From the NCBI GenBank assembly GCA_014727835.1, contig WJMT01000129.1, positions 2,036-66,035 on the forward strand: 64,000 nt of DNA, written 5' to 3'. The DNA comes from Candidatus Aminicenantes bacterium (GTDB lineage: Bacteria; Acidobacteriota; Aminicenantia; Aminicenantales; Aminicenantaceae). A model generated the notes under the pieces. It did not search any database. It had not been told where the DNA came from and worked only from the letters and a program-made list of their open reading frames with translations. This document shows positions 9,313 through 18,159 of this stretch, piece after piece. Position 1 is the first letter of the stretch. Each line of letters opens with the position of its first letter. The translations under genes were made by a program, and so were the position numbers.

Positions 9313-10434
9313 TTGAGGATGGCCGGTTCTTTGAAAGTGATGATCATTGTTGAAAACAATAGGCGCCGAAAGTCTATCAAAGATTTTCTGTCCCAATATT
9401 CATTTTTGATAGAAGAGGCATCTGAGTTTCCCAAAGCAGCGGATCAACTGTTGAGCGCCAACAGTTTTTCCATCATTCTGGTGGATTTTGAAGACAAAGA
9501 TAAACAAAAACTCAGCACCATTCAAAGCATCAAGAAGTTCAATCCCGAACTTGGTATCATTGTCCTTTCAGACCAAATGGATGCCAAATTTGCGGTCTCT
9601 TTGTATAAAAAAGGAATCGTCAGCCATGTGGTCAAACCAGATAACAAATCAGGATTGTTTTCTGCAATAAAAAATGAGCTGTTGAGACAAGACCTGGTGA
9701 GAGACAACAAGATGTATCAGGAACAAATCCAAGACATCAGAAATCAGTACGAGAAAAACCTCAGAAGAGCTCTGGACCTTGAAGAAATCTATGATTCCAC
9801 TTTGGAAAACCTGATGACCGCATTAGACCTGAGGGATGTGGAGACATTTGGACATTCCCGGACAGTGGCAAAATACAGCCAGGTTTTGGCTAAAATCATG
9901 GGAGTTGAAGACGTTCAAACTTTGGACAACATCAAAAAAGGAGCTTTGCTTCATGATGTGGGAAAAATCGCGATCCCGGATTCCATTCTCAAAAAGCCCG
10001 GTTCCCTGTCTGCTTCGGAATGGGACAAAATCAAACTTCATCCTTCTCTGGGATACGGACTGATTAAGGAAATCAAATTGGTTCAGGAGATCGGAAATAT
10101 CATTTTGTATCATCATGAGCATTTTGATGGAAAAGGATATCCCAACAACCTGAAAAAACAGGAGATTCCTCTGGAAGCCAGGATCTTTTCAGTTGCCGAT
10201 GCTCTGGATGCCATCACATCATATCGTCCGTATCGAAAAGAGCGGGATTTTCAGTATGCCAGAGAAGAAATCCAGAGAAAATCAGAGTCTCAATTTGATC
10301 CCAAGGTGGTGGATGCCTTCTGTTCAATGGAGGTGAAAAAGTGGGAAAAGATTCGGTATGAGAGCACCAAACTGATGCCTTTCTTTGAACACATGGCAAC
10401 TGTAACCTCTAAAAAAAGCCACCCCATTCAGTAA
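9313..10434 (+). CDS. Receiver-like domain + HD-GYP c-di-GMP phosphodiesterase
   Basis: GHS.., LLHDVGK, HHEHFDGKGYP, ADALDA..SYRPY. Confidence 0.9.
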   Translation: MRMAGSLKVMIIVENNRRRKSIKDFLSQYSFLIEEASEFPKAADQLLSANSFSIILVDFEDKDKQKLSTIQSIKKFNPELGIIVLSDQMDAKFAVSLYKKGIVSHVVKPDNKSGLFSAIKNELLRQDLVRDNKMYQEQIQDIRNQYEKNLRRALDLEEIYDSTLENLMTALDLRDVETFGHSRTVAKYSQVLAKIMGVEDVQTLDNIKKGALLHDVGKIAIPDSILKKPGSLSASEWDKIKLHPSLGYGLIKEIKLVQEIGNIILYHHEHFDGKGYPNNLKKQEIPLEARIFSVADALDAITSYRPYRKERDFQYAREEIQRKSESQFDPKVVDAFCSMEVKKWEKIRYESTKLMPFFEHMATVTSKKSHPIQ

Positions 10435-10639
10435 AACCCTCCCTGTCAATCTCACCTCTAAAGGGGAGACCTTTGCTTTGAATATCCCCCCCTTCTTTAC
10501 TCCCAAAAGAGTATTGTCATAAGTGCGTGTATTGGCTATAGTTAGGCACAGATGAGATGAGTTTCAAAATGAAAGGCCTATTGACACTTAAGAAAAACAT
10601 GAGGTATTGTATGATAAAAAGGGGACAGGAGAATTGATA

Positions 10640-11995
10640 ATGGAAAAAAAAGATGCGTTTTTAAAAAATTCGACTTCTATTATAGAAGAAGTGGAAGAGC
10701 AGCTGAGTAAAGTACTGGAGCAGAGAAGGAAAAAGATTGAAGCGGAGCTGGAAGAGACCATAAACAGGCAGAAACAAGAAGCTAAGAACAAAATCAGTGA
10801 ACTCGAGAATGAAGTCAATGAAGAAAAGGAAAGTCTGAATGAATACAAAACCCTGCTCTCTAATTTTGAACAGGAAAAAAACTCTATTAAGGATGAAATC
10901 AAGTCACATCTGAACACAGTGGTGAAGCTTCAGTCAGATATCGAATCCATTACCAAAAAATCTTTGGATGAGTTGAAAACCATAGATGATTTGAATAAAA
11001 AATTGGAAAATATCAATGATGATGCACTGGGGAAATTAGCCAGTTTGAGGAAGACATTAGAAGAAAAATATGGGATCGAAGCAGAGATCCCAGAAGAGGC
11101 GGGGCCTGTAGATGAGGATTTTGACCTTGACGAAGAGCTTCAGAAACTCAATAAAATCAAAGAGCTTTTGGGAGAAAACGGAAGTCAAGTGGTTCTCTCC
11201 GATTCCCTTTCCCAGCAGTTGGAAGACAACGAGCAAGAGAATGTTGAGACAGAAGCGAAAGAAGAAGAGGAAACCGAGGTTGAAATGCAGGAAGAAGACG
11301 CTGTGCAGGGCTCAGGACTCATGACCAAAGTTGAGAGTGAGGAGGAAGAAGTCAAAACCAAAGAGGAAGGCGAAGAAAAGGCAGAAGAAGAGGCGGAAGA
11401 AGAGGAGAAAGAAGAGGCGGAAGAAGCATCTGAAATGAAAGAAGCGGTTCAGGAAGAAGAAGACACAGAAGAGGAACAAGGAGACAAGGAAAAGGAAGAA
11501 GAAGGTCAGAGTGCCTATGATCAATTGGAAAAGTTCAGACAAACCGAGGGAAAACAAGACGAAGCCAAAGTGGTGTATTTTGAAAGCCAGGGAAAAATAA
11601 CTCTGGATTGCAAACATATCATTGATTCCATTGAGCAGAGCATTGAAAGTGCGCAGGGCCATTACAAAAAGCTGGAGGACACCAATTCACCTAAAGAGCA
11701 TTTCTTCATCAAACAGGAGATCATTCAGGCGCAGGAAAACACCCGAAAACTGATCTTGAACTGCCTGAGAGTCTGTGAGATGAAAGACTGCTTTTTTCCT
11801 AGCTCCACCCGTGACATACTCAATGGGGACAAGCTGAAGAGCATTCTGGAGAGAGTGAGCATGGAAAACTGGAGCAATCAGGATGACTTCAATGCTTTTT
11901 CCGATTTTTTCAATGAATTAAAGGACGAATTTCTTTCCAAAGCCACTCCTTTTGAGGAATATACGGAATCCATATTGAAAGAATTATCAGGATAA
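10640..11995 (+). CDS. Hypothetical coiled-coil protein with a long Glu-rich linker
   Basis: AGGAG RBS before ATG 10640; heptad-rich N-terminus; E/K-rich low-complexity middle; globular C-terminus. Confidence 0.7.
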   Translation: MEKKDAFLKNSTSIIEEVEEQLSKVLEQRRKKIEAELEETINRQKQEAKNKISELENEVNEEKESLNEYKTLLSNFEQEKNSIKDEIKSHLNTVVKLQSDIESITKKSLDELKTIDDLNKKLENINDDALGKLASLRKTLEEKYGIEAEIPEEAGPVDEDFDLDEELQKLNKIKELLGENGSQVVLSDSLSQQLEDNEQENVETEAKEEEETEVEMQEEDAVQGSGLMTKVESEEEEVKTKEEGEEKAEEEAEEEEKEEAEEASEMKEAVQEEEDTEEEQGDKEKEEEGQSAYDQLEKFRQTEGKQDEAKVVYFESQGKITLDCKHIIDSIEQSIESAQGHYKKLEDTNSPKEHFFIKQEIIQAQENTRKLILNCLRVCEMKDCFFPSSTRDILNGDKLKSILERVSMENWSNQDDFNAFSDFFNELKDEFLSKATPFEEYTESILKELSG

Positions 11996-14056
11996 AGAGC
12001 TCACATATTTTTTCAGCATCTTTTTGTTCTCTAGAGACATTTTTGTGAATTCGATCCCAGCATAATAATGCGAAAGATGCCCGTTTCCCTTGTGTGAATA
12101 GATCACCTGGCCCTTGCATTCAAAGGCTTTGTTGCCCAGAACAAGAATAAGGTCTAAGTCTTTGTGGGGCTTGATCAGGAAATTGCTGGCCACCTTCACT
12201 CCTCCCTGGCTGATGTTGATGGTTTTGGTGGCTTCATGGCCTTTTTTGTTCTTATAGATGAGGGGAACAGATGAGTAATACCGGGTGTGTTTTCTTTTTT
12301 CTTCCGGGATTTGCTTTGAGTCTGGCTGTTGGGGGCTTGAATTCTGATTCTGTTTTGAAATCCGATGGTGATATATGGATATTCTGTTTTTATCCCAGGT
12401 GGTTTGATCTTTATTTTCTGAGACAGGAGTTCTTTTTCCCTTTGCTTCTGCTAAGGCCTGGTCTGCTTCATTGACTAGGTTTTTCAAGTTTTCTCTGTTG
12501 ATGGACTTCGGTGATGTGAATTTGTCTTTAAAAAAGTTGGTGATACCGAAACTCATAGTCAAGTTATCTCTGGGCTGGATTTCCTGGTTTTCAAAATAAG
12601 CCTCTTCAACATTTTTTCGGATCCTGTCTGTGAATATCAAGGCTTCGTCTTCATTTTCGAGTCCGGATAAAAAGAAGAGAAATTCTTCTCCACCATAGCG
12701 GCAGAGAAAATCTTCCTCACGTGTGGAAGCTTTGAGGATGCTCCCTAGTTTTCTTAACAGTCGATTTCCTGATTCATGTCCCAGTTTGTCGTTGTAGTTT
12801 TTGAACCAGTCCACATCTCCCATGACCAGAGCATAGGTTCCGGCTTCTCGGTGTCTTTTGTTTTCCTGTTTGATTTTTTGAATGATTTTTTCGAAAAAAG
12901 GATCAGGCCGCAGTAATCCGGTCAGAGGATCATACTGGATCAAGTTGAGCTTTGTGATGGCAATGGCAATGTGTTCACTGATGTGGACCAATATGTCCTG
13001 GTCGATCTGATCAAATCCCTGTGGGTCGAAGTGATGGTGTTTTTTTTCTTTTTGCTTGTTATAGACTTCAAGGATTCCAATCAGTTGGTTTTTATAAATG
13101 ATAGGGATGCACATGATGCTGAAGAGAGGTGAATTCAGCTGCTCCCTGTAGCGGGAGACAATGCTGTCATCTGTGTTGATCTCTGTTTTTCGAAAGATTT
13201 TGGTGAGCCGCGCTGACTTGGCTGCAAAGTCGTCATCATTGAGATGTACGATGTGTTTGGTGAAGTCCACATGAGAAAGGATGGAATCATCCCATACCAG
13301 CGGTTTTAAATATTTGCCTGAGGAGTGATTTTCTTCAAGAATGTAAATTGTGGTTCCGCTGGCATTGATGAGCTCTTTGATTTCATAGATGGTGTCGATA
13401 AGACTGGTGACATCATTAGCCATGTAAAGCTTTTTCAGAAGGATTTCGATCTTGAGTCTTTCTTTTTTGTAATGGTCATATTTGGCTTGATAGGCGACGC
13501 GCTTTTCCATCTCTTTGACAATGGACGAACGGATGAATTTTTTTATCTGTTTTATTTCCCGGAACGCTTTTTTGTAGTCAATCTCTTTTCTTTCCGAAGC
13601 TTTTCTCAATGTTTGGATCTCATGATGCAGATGGGAATGGTTGGAGGCGGTTTCCAGTGTCCGTTTGAATAACTTTTTGTTGTTCTCGGATTGAGAAAAG
13701 AGATAGGTGGCCACAAACCTATTCTGAGGCCATCCTCTGGCTGTGCTGATGATTTCATTCTGGGAATAACCGGTGATGATAAGGCTGGTGTTTTTATTAA
13801 AGATTTCCTGAAGAAGAGTGTATCCGGCTAAAGAGTTATCTGCGATCAGGACATTGAAGGATATTGTTTTCGCCAGGGAGGCTGCTTTTTCCAAATTGGG
13901 GGCATAGAGAACACGTCCTGAATCAGCACAAAGCTCGTCCAATAACAGAGCTTGGTCACCGCTTTTGTTGAGGATAAGGATGTTGTTTGGAAAGCTAGTA
14001 CGCTGATAACGGTAGCTGTTCAGAAAAGAACTGATTTGCTTTTTGCTTTTATCCAA
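11987..14056 (-). CDS. Diguanylate cyclase: degenerate REC/coiled-coil + GAF + GGDEF + PilZ
   Basis: DVDWFK.YND..GH, REED I-site, RYGGEEF; C-terminal EKRKHTR..NISQGG PilZ motif. Confidence 0.88.
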   Translation of the reverse strand: MDKSKKQISSFLNSYRYQRTSFPNNILILNKSGDQALLLDELCADSGRVLYAPNLEKAASLAKTISFNVLIADNSLAGYTLLQEIFNKNTSLIITGYSQNEIISTARGWPQNRFVATYLFSQSENNKKLFKRTLETASNHSHLHHEIQTLRKASERKEIDYKKAFREIKQIKKFIRSSIVKEMEKRVAYQAKYDHYKKERLKIEILLKKLYMANDVTSLIDTIYEIKELINASGTTIYILEENHSSGKYLKPLVWDDSILSHVDFTKHIVHLNDDDFAAKSARLTKIFRKTEINTDDSIVSRYREQLNSPLFSIMCIPIIYKNQLIGILEVYNKQKEKKHHHFDPQGFDQIDQDILVHISEHIAIAITKLNLIQYDPLTGLLRPDPFFEKIIQKIKQENKRHREAGTYALVMGDVDWFKNYNDKLGHESGNRLLRKLGSILKASTREEDFLCRYGGEEFLFFLSGLENEDEALIFTDRIRKNVEEAYFENQEIQPRDNLTMSFGITNFFKDKFTSPKSINRENLKNLVNEADQALAEAKGKRTPVSENKDQTTWDKNRISIYHHRISKQNQNSSPQQPDSKQIPEEKRKHTRYYSSVPLIYKNKKGHEATKTINISQGGVKVASNFLIKPHKDLDLILVLGNKAFECKGQVIYSHKGNGHLSHYYAGIEFTKMSLENKKMLKKYVSSLS

Positions 14057-14189
14057 AACGATTTAACCTTAGCATATATTATACTTATTCAGAAACTGAT
14101 GCCAACAATCAGATCAGTATCCTCTTTTAGCCCACTCAATTTATAGCCATTTTTTCCCCTTGAGTCAACCCTTTTCTTAAATACAGGCA

Positions 14190-14227
14190 ATTAAATACGG
14201 GGACACAATACCTATTTACCTTATTTC
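14190..14227 (+). repeat. RAYT-associated repeat copy 2 (left flank of the Y1 gene)
   Basis: Identical to 5034-5071; ends 1 nt from the RAYT stop codon. Confidence 0.92.
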
Positions 14228-14228
14228 C

Positions 14229-14894
14229 TCATGAGTTTTTTTTTGGCTGCCTTCCTGGTTTTCTTTTCATTAATCTTCTCCCTGTTATTTTTTCTGCTTT
14301 TCTTATGAATTTTTTACTTCCTAATGGTCGTCCGGATTTGGCATGTTTTCTGATTAATATTTGATCTTCTTGTGTTTCTTTTTGCTGTAAATAACTCCTC
14401 CAGTCTTTTATATCAGAGAGAAGATAAAAATCTGAAATCAGTTTGTCGTGCTCTTTATTGATATGTGCTTTGGCACTTGACCAAGAATAATCTCCGGCGT
14501 TATTAACCAATCCAGCTCTGACTGGATTGCGTTCGATGTATCGAACTGCATGATAAACATGATCGTCATCCATGGGATAAGAGAGAAATCTACCCTGCCA
14601 TAGATAACCTTTCCAATCATTTCGAATATTTATTGTAGTTGTGTATTTTCTATGAAGTTCCCCAACAGCTTTGGCAAGACTTGTGGGTTTTGGTGGAACT
14701 GCAATGAAATGTACATGATTATTCATTAAACAGTAGCACCATACTGCGACATTTTCCTTTTTTATATGGTAATTGAGAAGATGAAGATAGAACTTTTTGT
14801 CATTATCCTGAAAAAAAACAGTTTGACGACGATTTCCCCGTTGAATGATGTGATGGGGGCATCCTGGAATGACCACTCGAGCAATACGTCCCAT
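14229..14894 (-). CDS. REP-associated-type tyrosine transposase (RAYT-like Y1 HUH endonuclease)
   Basis: MGRIAR..PG.PHHIIQRGN.RQ; CLMNNHVH (HUH); LWQGRF; YIERNPVRAG (catalytic Tyr); YSWSS; likely start MGRIAR at 14894. Confidence 0.92.
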   Translation of the reverse strand: MGRIARVVIPGCPHHIIQRGNRRQTVFFQDNDKKFYLHLLNYHIKKENVAVWCYCLMNNHVHFIAVPPKPTSLAKAVGELHRKYTTTINIRNDWKGYLWQGRFLSYPMDDDHVYHAVRYIERNPVRAGLVNNAGDYSWSSAKAHINKEHDKLISDFYLLSDIKDWRSYLQQKETQEDQILIRKHAKSGRPLGSKKFIRKAEKITGRRLMKRKPGRQPKKNS

Positions 14895-15001
14895 GTAATA
14901 TTTGACGAAAAAAAAGTCTGGTATTCTCAATAATGGCAAACAATATAAATTTATTTAAAAAAAAGTGTTAACAGGTATGACTGTGCTGTGTTTATTTTAA
15001 G

Positions 15002-15034
15002 AATAAGGTAAATAGGTATTGTGTCCCCGTATTT
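15002..15034 (-). repeat. RAYT-associated repeat copy 3 (right flank, inverted relative to copy 2)
   Basis: AATAAGGTAAATAGGTATTGTGTCCCCGTATTT is the exact reverse complement of the core. Confidence 0.92.
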
Positions 15035-15114
15035 TTCTCTGCATTTTTCTGTATTCATTATATGGATTTGATAAATTGGATTGATTGATTTATATTGATA
15101 TTCTGTGAATTTGT

Positions 15115-15187
15115 GCGCCTGTAGCTCAGTGGATAGAGTGTCGGTCTCCGGAACCGAAGGTCGCGGGTTCGAATCCCGCCGGGCGTA
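15115..15187 (+). tRNA. tRNA-Arg (CCG), CCA not encoded
   Basis: Cloverleaf GCGCCTG..CGGGCGT; anticodon arm TCGGT-CTCCGGA-ACCGA; GGTTCGAATCC T-arm. Confidence 0.95.
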
Positions 15188-15214
15188 CTTTTTTTTATTC
15201 TGGCAAAAAAGTGG

Positions 15215-16036
15215 TCAAAAGAAATCAGGGCACTGTATTGATAAGGGGTGGAAATAAGGTAAATAGGTATTGTGTCCCCGTATTTGGAGTTGGGAGGGGG
15301 AGAAGAGCATGATCTGAGGCTGGCCCTTATAGTGTTCCAAAAGACCGGAGATGATGAGATTTTTTCCCTTCAGTGAATCCAAATCCGGGAACAGATGCAG
15401 ATATTTCTTATACACAGGAACAGCAAACTCTTGGTTTTCAGAGGTGAGAAGCCGCAGGTTTCCTTTATCCTCAATTCCGGTACACAAAAACTCATAGGAG
15501 ACCAGATCTCCCATATGGATTGCTGCCTCTTTCTTTGTGATCAAAGCATAGGGTCTGTGTTTCCACAAGCCGTTTCTTTGGGTTCGGGCCTCTTTCTCTG
15601 CGCTTAAAAATTTCCTTTTATACTCAGGTTTGTATGGAAACCGGGTGTAAGCTGAAGCAAATCCCTTTTGAATGATATACTCATTGAAAAAGGTTCCTTC
15701 CTCTGTCCGGATATAAGCCAGAAGCCTTCCGTATTTGTCTCTTTTTTCCCAGTCATACTCGATTCTGACCTGTTTTTTATAAAGAAATCGAAATGCAAAC
15801 CGTTTTGAATAAAGTGCTTTGAGCCGGATTTCCTCATCATTGGAGCCTGTTTCCGGTGCATCCACTCCGATCAGCCTGATTTTTTCTTTTATCCCGGACA
15901 CTAACCGAACCTGAATGGTGTCTCCGTCATAGACTGCAGTGACGGTTCCGCTGTCAGCTTGCACAAGGCAGGAAACAGAGACACACAACAGGAGAAAAAC
16001 AGCCATTCTTTTTGGTTCCAGCATGCCTGACTTCAT
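15215..16036 (-). CDS. Exported thermonuclease (SNase) with C-terminal OB-fold-like domain
   Basis: Signal peptide; YDGDT, IRLIGVDAPE, DKYGRLLAY motifs. Confidence 0.88.
   Translation of the reverse strand: MKSGMLEPKRMAVFLLLCVSVSCLVQADSGTVTAVYDGDTIQVRLVSGIKEKIRLIGVDAPETGSNDEEIRLKALYSKRFAFRFLYKKQVRIEYDWEKRDKYGRLLAYIRTEEGTFFNEYIIQKGFASAYTRFPYKPEYKRKFLSAEKEARTQRNGLWKHRPYALITKKEAAIHMGDLVSYEFLCTGIEDKGNLRLLTSENQEFAVPVYKKYLHLFPDLDSLKGKNLIISGLLEHYKGQPQIMLFSPSQLQIRGHNTYLPYFHPLSIQCPDFF
15251..15285 (-). repeat. RAYT-associated repeat copy 4 (inside the 3' end of the thermonuclease CDS)
   Basis: GAAATAAGGTAAATAGGTATTGTGTCCCCGTATTT, exact core. Confidence 0.92.
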
Positions 16037-16077
16037 AAACTTTGCCAGAAAGCAGCGAACTGCCAGCAGCCCATGGA

Positions 16078-17901
16078 CTACTGAACCTGTTCCACTGCCT
16101 TGATGATGTGTTGTGCGGAGATTCCGTATTTGTCCAGCAGCTCTTCGGGTTTTCCTGAACGGGGCAGGGACTTGACCGCTAAGTGAATGATCTTTGTTTT
16201 AACAGGAAGAGCTTGAATGACCGCACAACCCAGCCCTCCGCTGGGATAATGGTCTTCCACCACCACCACTTTTCTGCCGGCTTGTTCTGCGTGTTTGATC
16301 AAATCCACTCTGTCTATGGGTTTGACACAGTATGCATCCATGATACGGATTTCAATGCCGTTTTGCTTCAGTTCTTGGTAGGCCTTGAGAGCTTCGAACA
16401 CCGTGATTCCTGCAGCCACCACCAGGGCTTTGTCCTGAGAGCTTTGTTTGATGACTTTGGAACCTCCCACTGGAAAAGAGTCATCTTCTTTATAGATCAC
16501 TGGAGTGGCTGGACGGGTGGTCCTGATATAAACCATCCCCTGGTGTTCAGCCATGGTCTTTACACAGGCTTCTGCAGAGGGAGCATCACAGGGATAGAAA
16601 ACCACACAACCCGGAATCGGGCTGAATATGGCCAGGTCTTCCAGTCCCATCTGTGAAGGACCGTCTGCTCCGATACTGATCCCGGCATGAGATCCAGCCA
16701 GCTTGATATTGGACATGGAATATGCGGCCATCCGGATCTGATCATGAGCTCTTCCCAGAAAAGCTGAGAAGGTCGCCATGAACGGAATATAACCCTTGAT
16801 TGCCATTCCAATGCCCATGCCGATCATGTTCTGTTCAGCGATGTAGGATTGAATAGATCTTTCCGGAAAAGCTTCAAAAAAATCTTCGGCATAAGTGGAA
16901 TTCTTCACATCTCCGTCAATGCACACCACCGCTTCATTGACTTTTCCCAAACTTTTCAAAGCGTTTCCATACCCTCTCCGGGAAGCGGTGTTTTTCTGAT
17001 ACTCAGTTATCTCAAAATCAAATTCTTTTCTCCATTCAGGAGCTGTCACTTTATCCGGTTTGTTCACATATTGTTTGGACTGGATATCAGGCATGGGGCC
17101 GATTTCTTCAAGTGCTTTTTTCAAATCATCGTCTTTCAGAGGCTTGCCGTGCCATCCATTCTTATCCTCCAGAAAAGAAACTCCTTTGCCTTTGAGGGTT
17201 CTTGCCAGGATGGCGACAGGTTTTTCAGAGCTTTTTGCTTTTTTGAAAGCCCCCAGGATTTGGCTCACATCATGCCCATCGATTTCAATGGTCTCCCATC
17301 CGAAAGCTCTGAATTTTACCGAATAAGCACGGATGTCATGGCCGTGCATGGTCGGGCCGGATTGTGATAAGCGGTTGATATCCACCACGGTGCACAGGTT
17401 AGCCAGTCCCAAGTCAGCCGCACTGTTAGCGGCTTCCCAAGTGGACCCTTCAGCGCATTCTCCGTCTCCCATGACCACATACACTCTGCGGTCTATGGCC
17501 GCCATCTGGATGGCGGCTGCGATTCCCACTCCAATGGAAAGGCCCTGTCCCAAAGAACCGGTGGCAGATTTGACCCATTCCATCCGTGGTGTGGGGTGTC
17601 CTTCCAGAGGACTGGAGATTTTTCTGAGGTTCATCAGATTTTCAAAAGGAACAATGCCGGCTTCCGCATAACAAGCCCACAATAGAGGAGCAGCGTGCCC
17701 TTTGGAGAGAACAAATTCATCATTATTCCAGTCAAAAGGGTCTTGAATATTGTATCTCATCTCATCAAAAAACAAACAAGAGGCGATTTCTGCCATGGAT
17801 AGGCAGGTGGTGGGGTGACCTGAACCGGCTTCAGTGGTCATTTTTAAAGAATGGATCCTCAGTCTTTTGGCAATGAGATTTAAGGCCTGATTTTTGTCCA
17901 T
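16078..17901 (-). CDS. tkt: Transketolase (short, about 610 aa type)
   Basis: SGHP, LSKGHA, EGHP, GSLGQG, TPP motif GDGE..EG..WEA..N, IAEQ, DGPSQ. Confidence 0.93.
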   Translation of the reverse strand: MDKNQALNLIAKRLRIHSLKMTTEAGSGHPTTCLSMAEIASCLFFDEMRYNIQDPFDWNNDEFVLSKGHAAPLLWACYAEAGIVPFENLMNLRKISSPLEGHPTPRMEWVKSATGSLGQGLSIGVGIAAAIQMAAIDRRVYVVMGDGECAEGSTWEAANSAADLGLANLCTVVDINRLSQSGPTMHGHDIRAYSVKFRAFGWETIEIDGHDVSQILGAFKKAKSSEKPVAILARTLKGKGVSFLEDKNGWHGKPLKDDDLKKALEEIGPMPDIQSKQYVNKPDKVTAPEWRKEFDFEITEYQKNTASRRGYGNALKSLGKVNEAVVCIDGDVKNSTYAEDFFEAFPERSIQSYIAEQNMIGMGIGMAIKGYIPFMATFSAFLGRAHDQIRMAAYSMSNIKLAGSHAGISIGADGPSQMGLEDLAIFSPIPGCVVFYPCDAPSAEACVKTMAEHQGMVYIRTTRPATPVIYKEDDSFPVGGSKVIKQSSQDKALVVAAGITVFEALKAYQELKQNGIEIRIMDAYCVKPIDRVDLIKHAEQAGRKVVVVEDHYPSGGLGCAVIQALPVKTKIIHLAVKSLPRSGKPEELLDKYGISAQHIIKAVEQVQ

Positions 17902-18159
17902 AAATGAAGCTCCCTTTTAAAAAAATAAGATAAAATGAACATGAGGTTTCAAACAAATCATTATATTATCTTATTTCACACATCACAATATTTTTTTGCA
18001 GCAATCGAAAAAATAAATCTTTCCGATTCTCTGGGAGATGAAATCACTGCGTTGATTCGCTCCTGGTGATGATCTGAAGGGAGCTCAAACCATTTCCGAA
18101 TTTCATCTCTTTTTACAGTTTACTGTTGGGAATGATTCTGTTATATTCATTTTTACATC

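Noticed and set aside
10435-10510. C-rich/G-rich hairpin resembling CCCCCT..AGGGGG-type REP
   Set aside because: Single degenerate occurrence; may simply be a terminator-like hairpin
11220-11510. GAAGAA-rich stretch as a DNA tandem repeat
   Set aside because: Explained by Glu-rich low-complexity coding sequence
14229-14894. IS200/IS605 element with TnpB
   Set aside because: No tnpB and no subterminal hairpins seen; protein length and QRGN/NPVRAG motifs fit RAYT-like proteins
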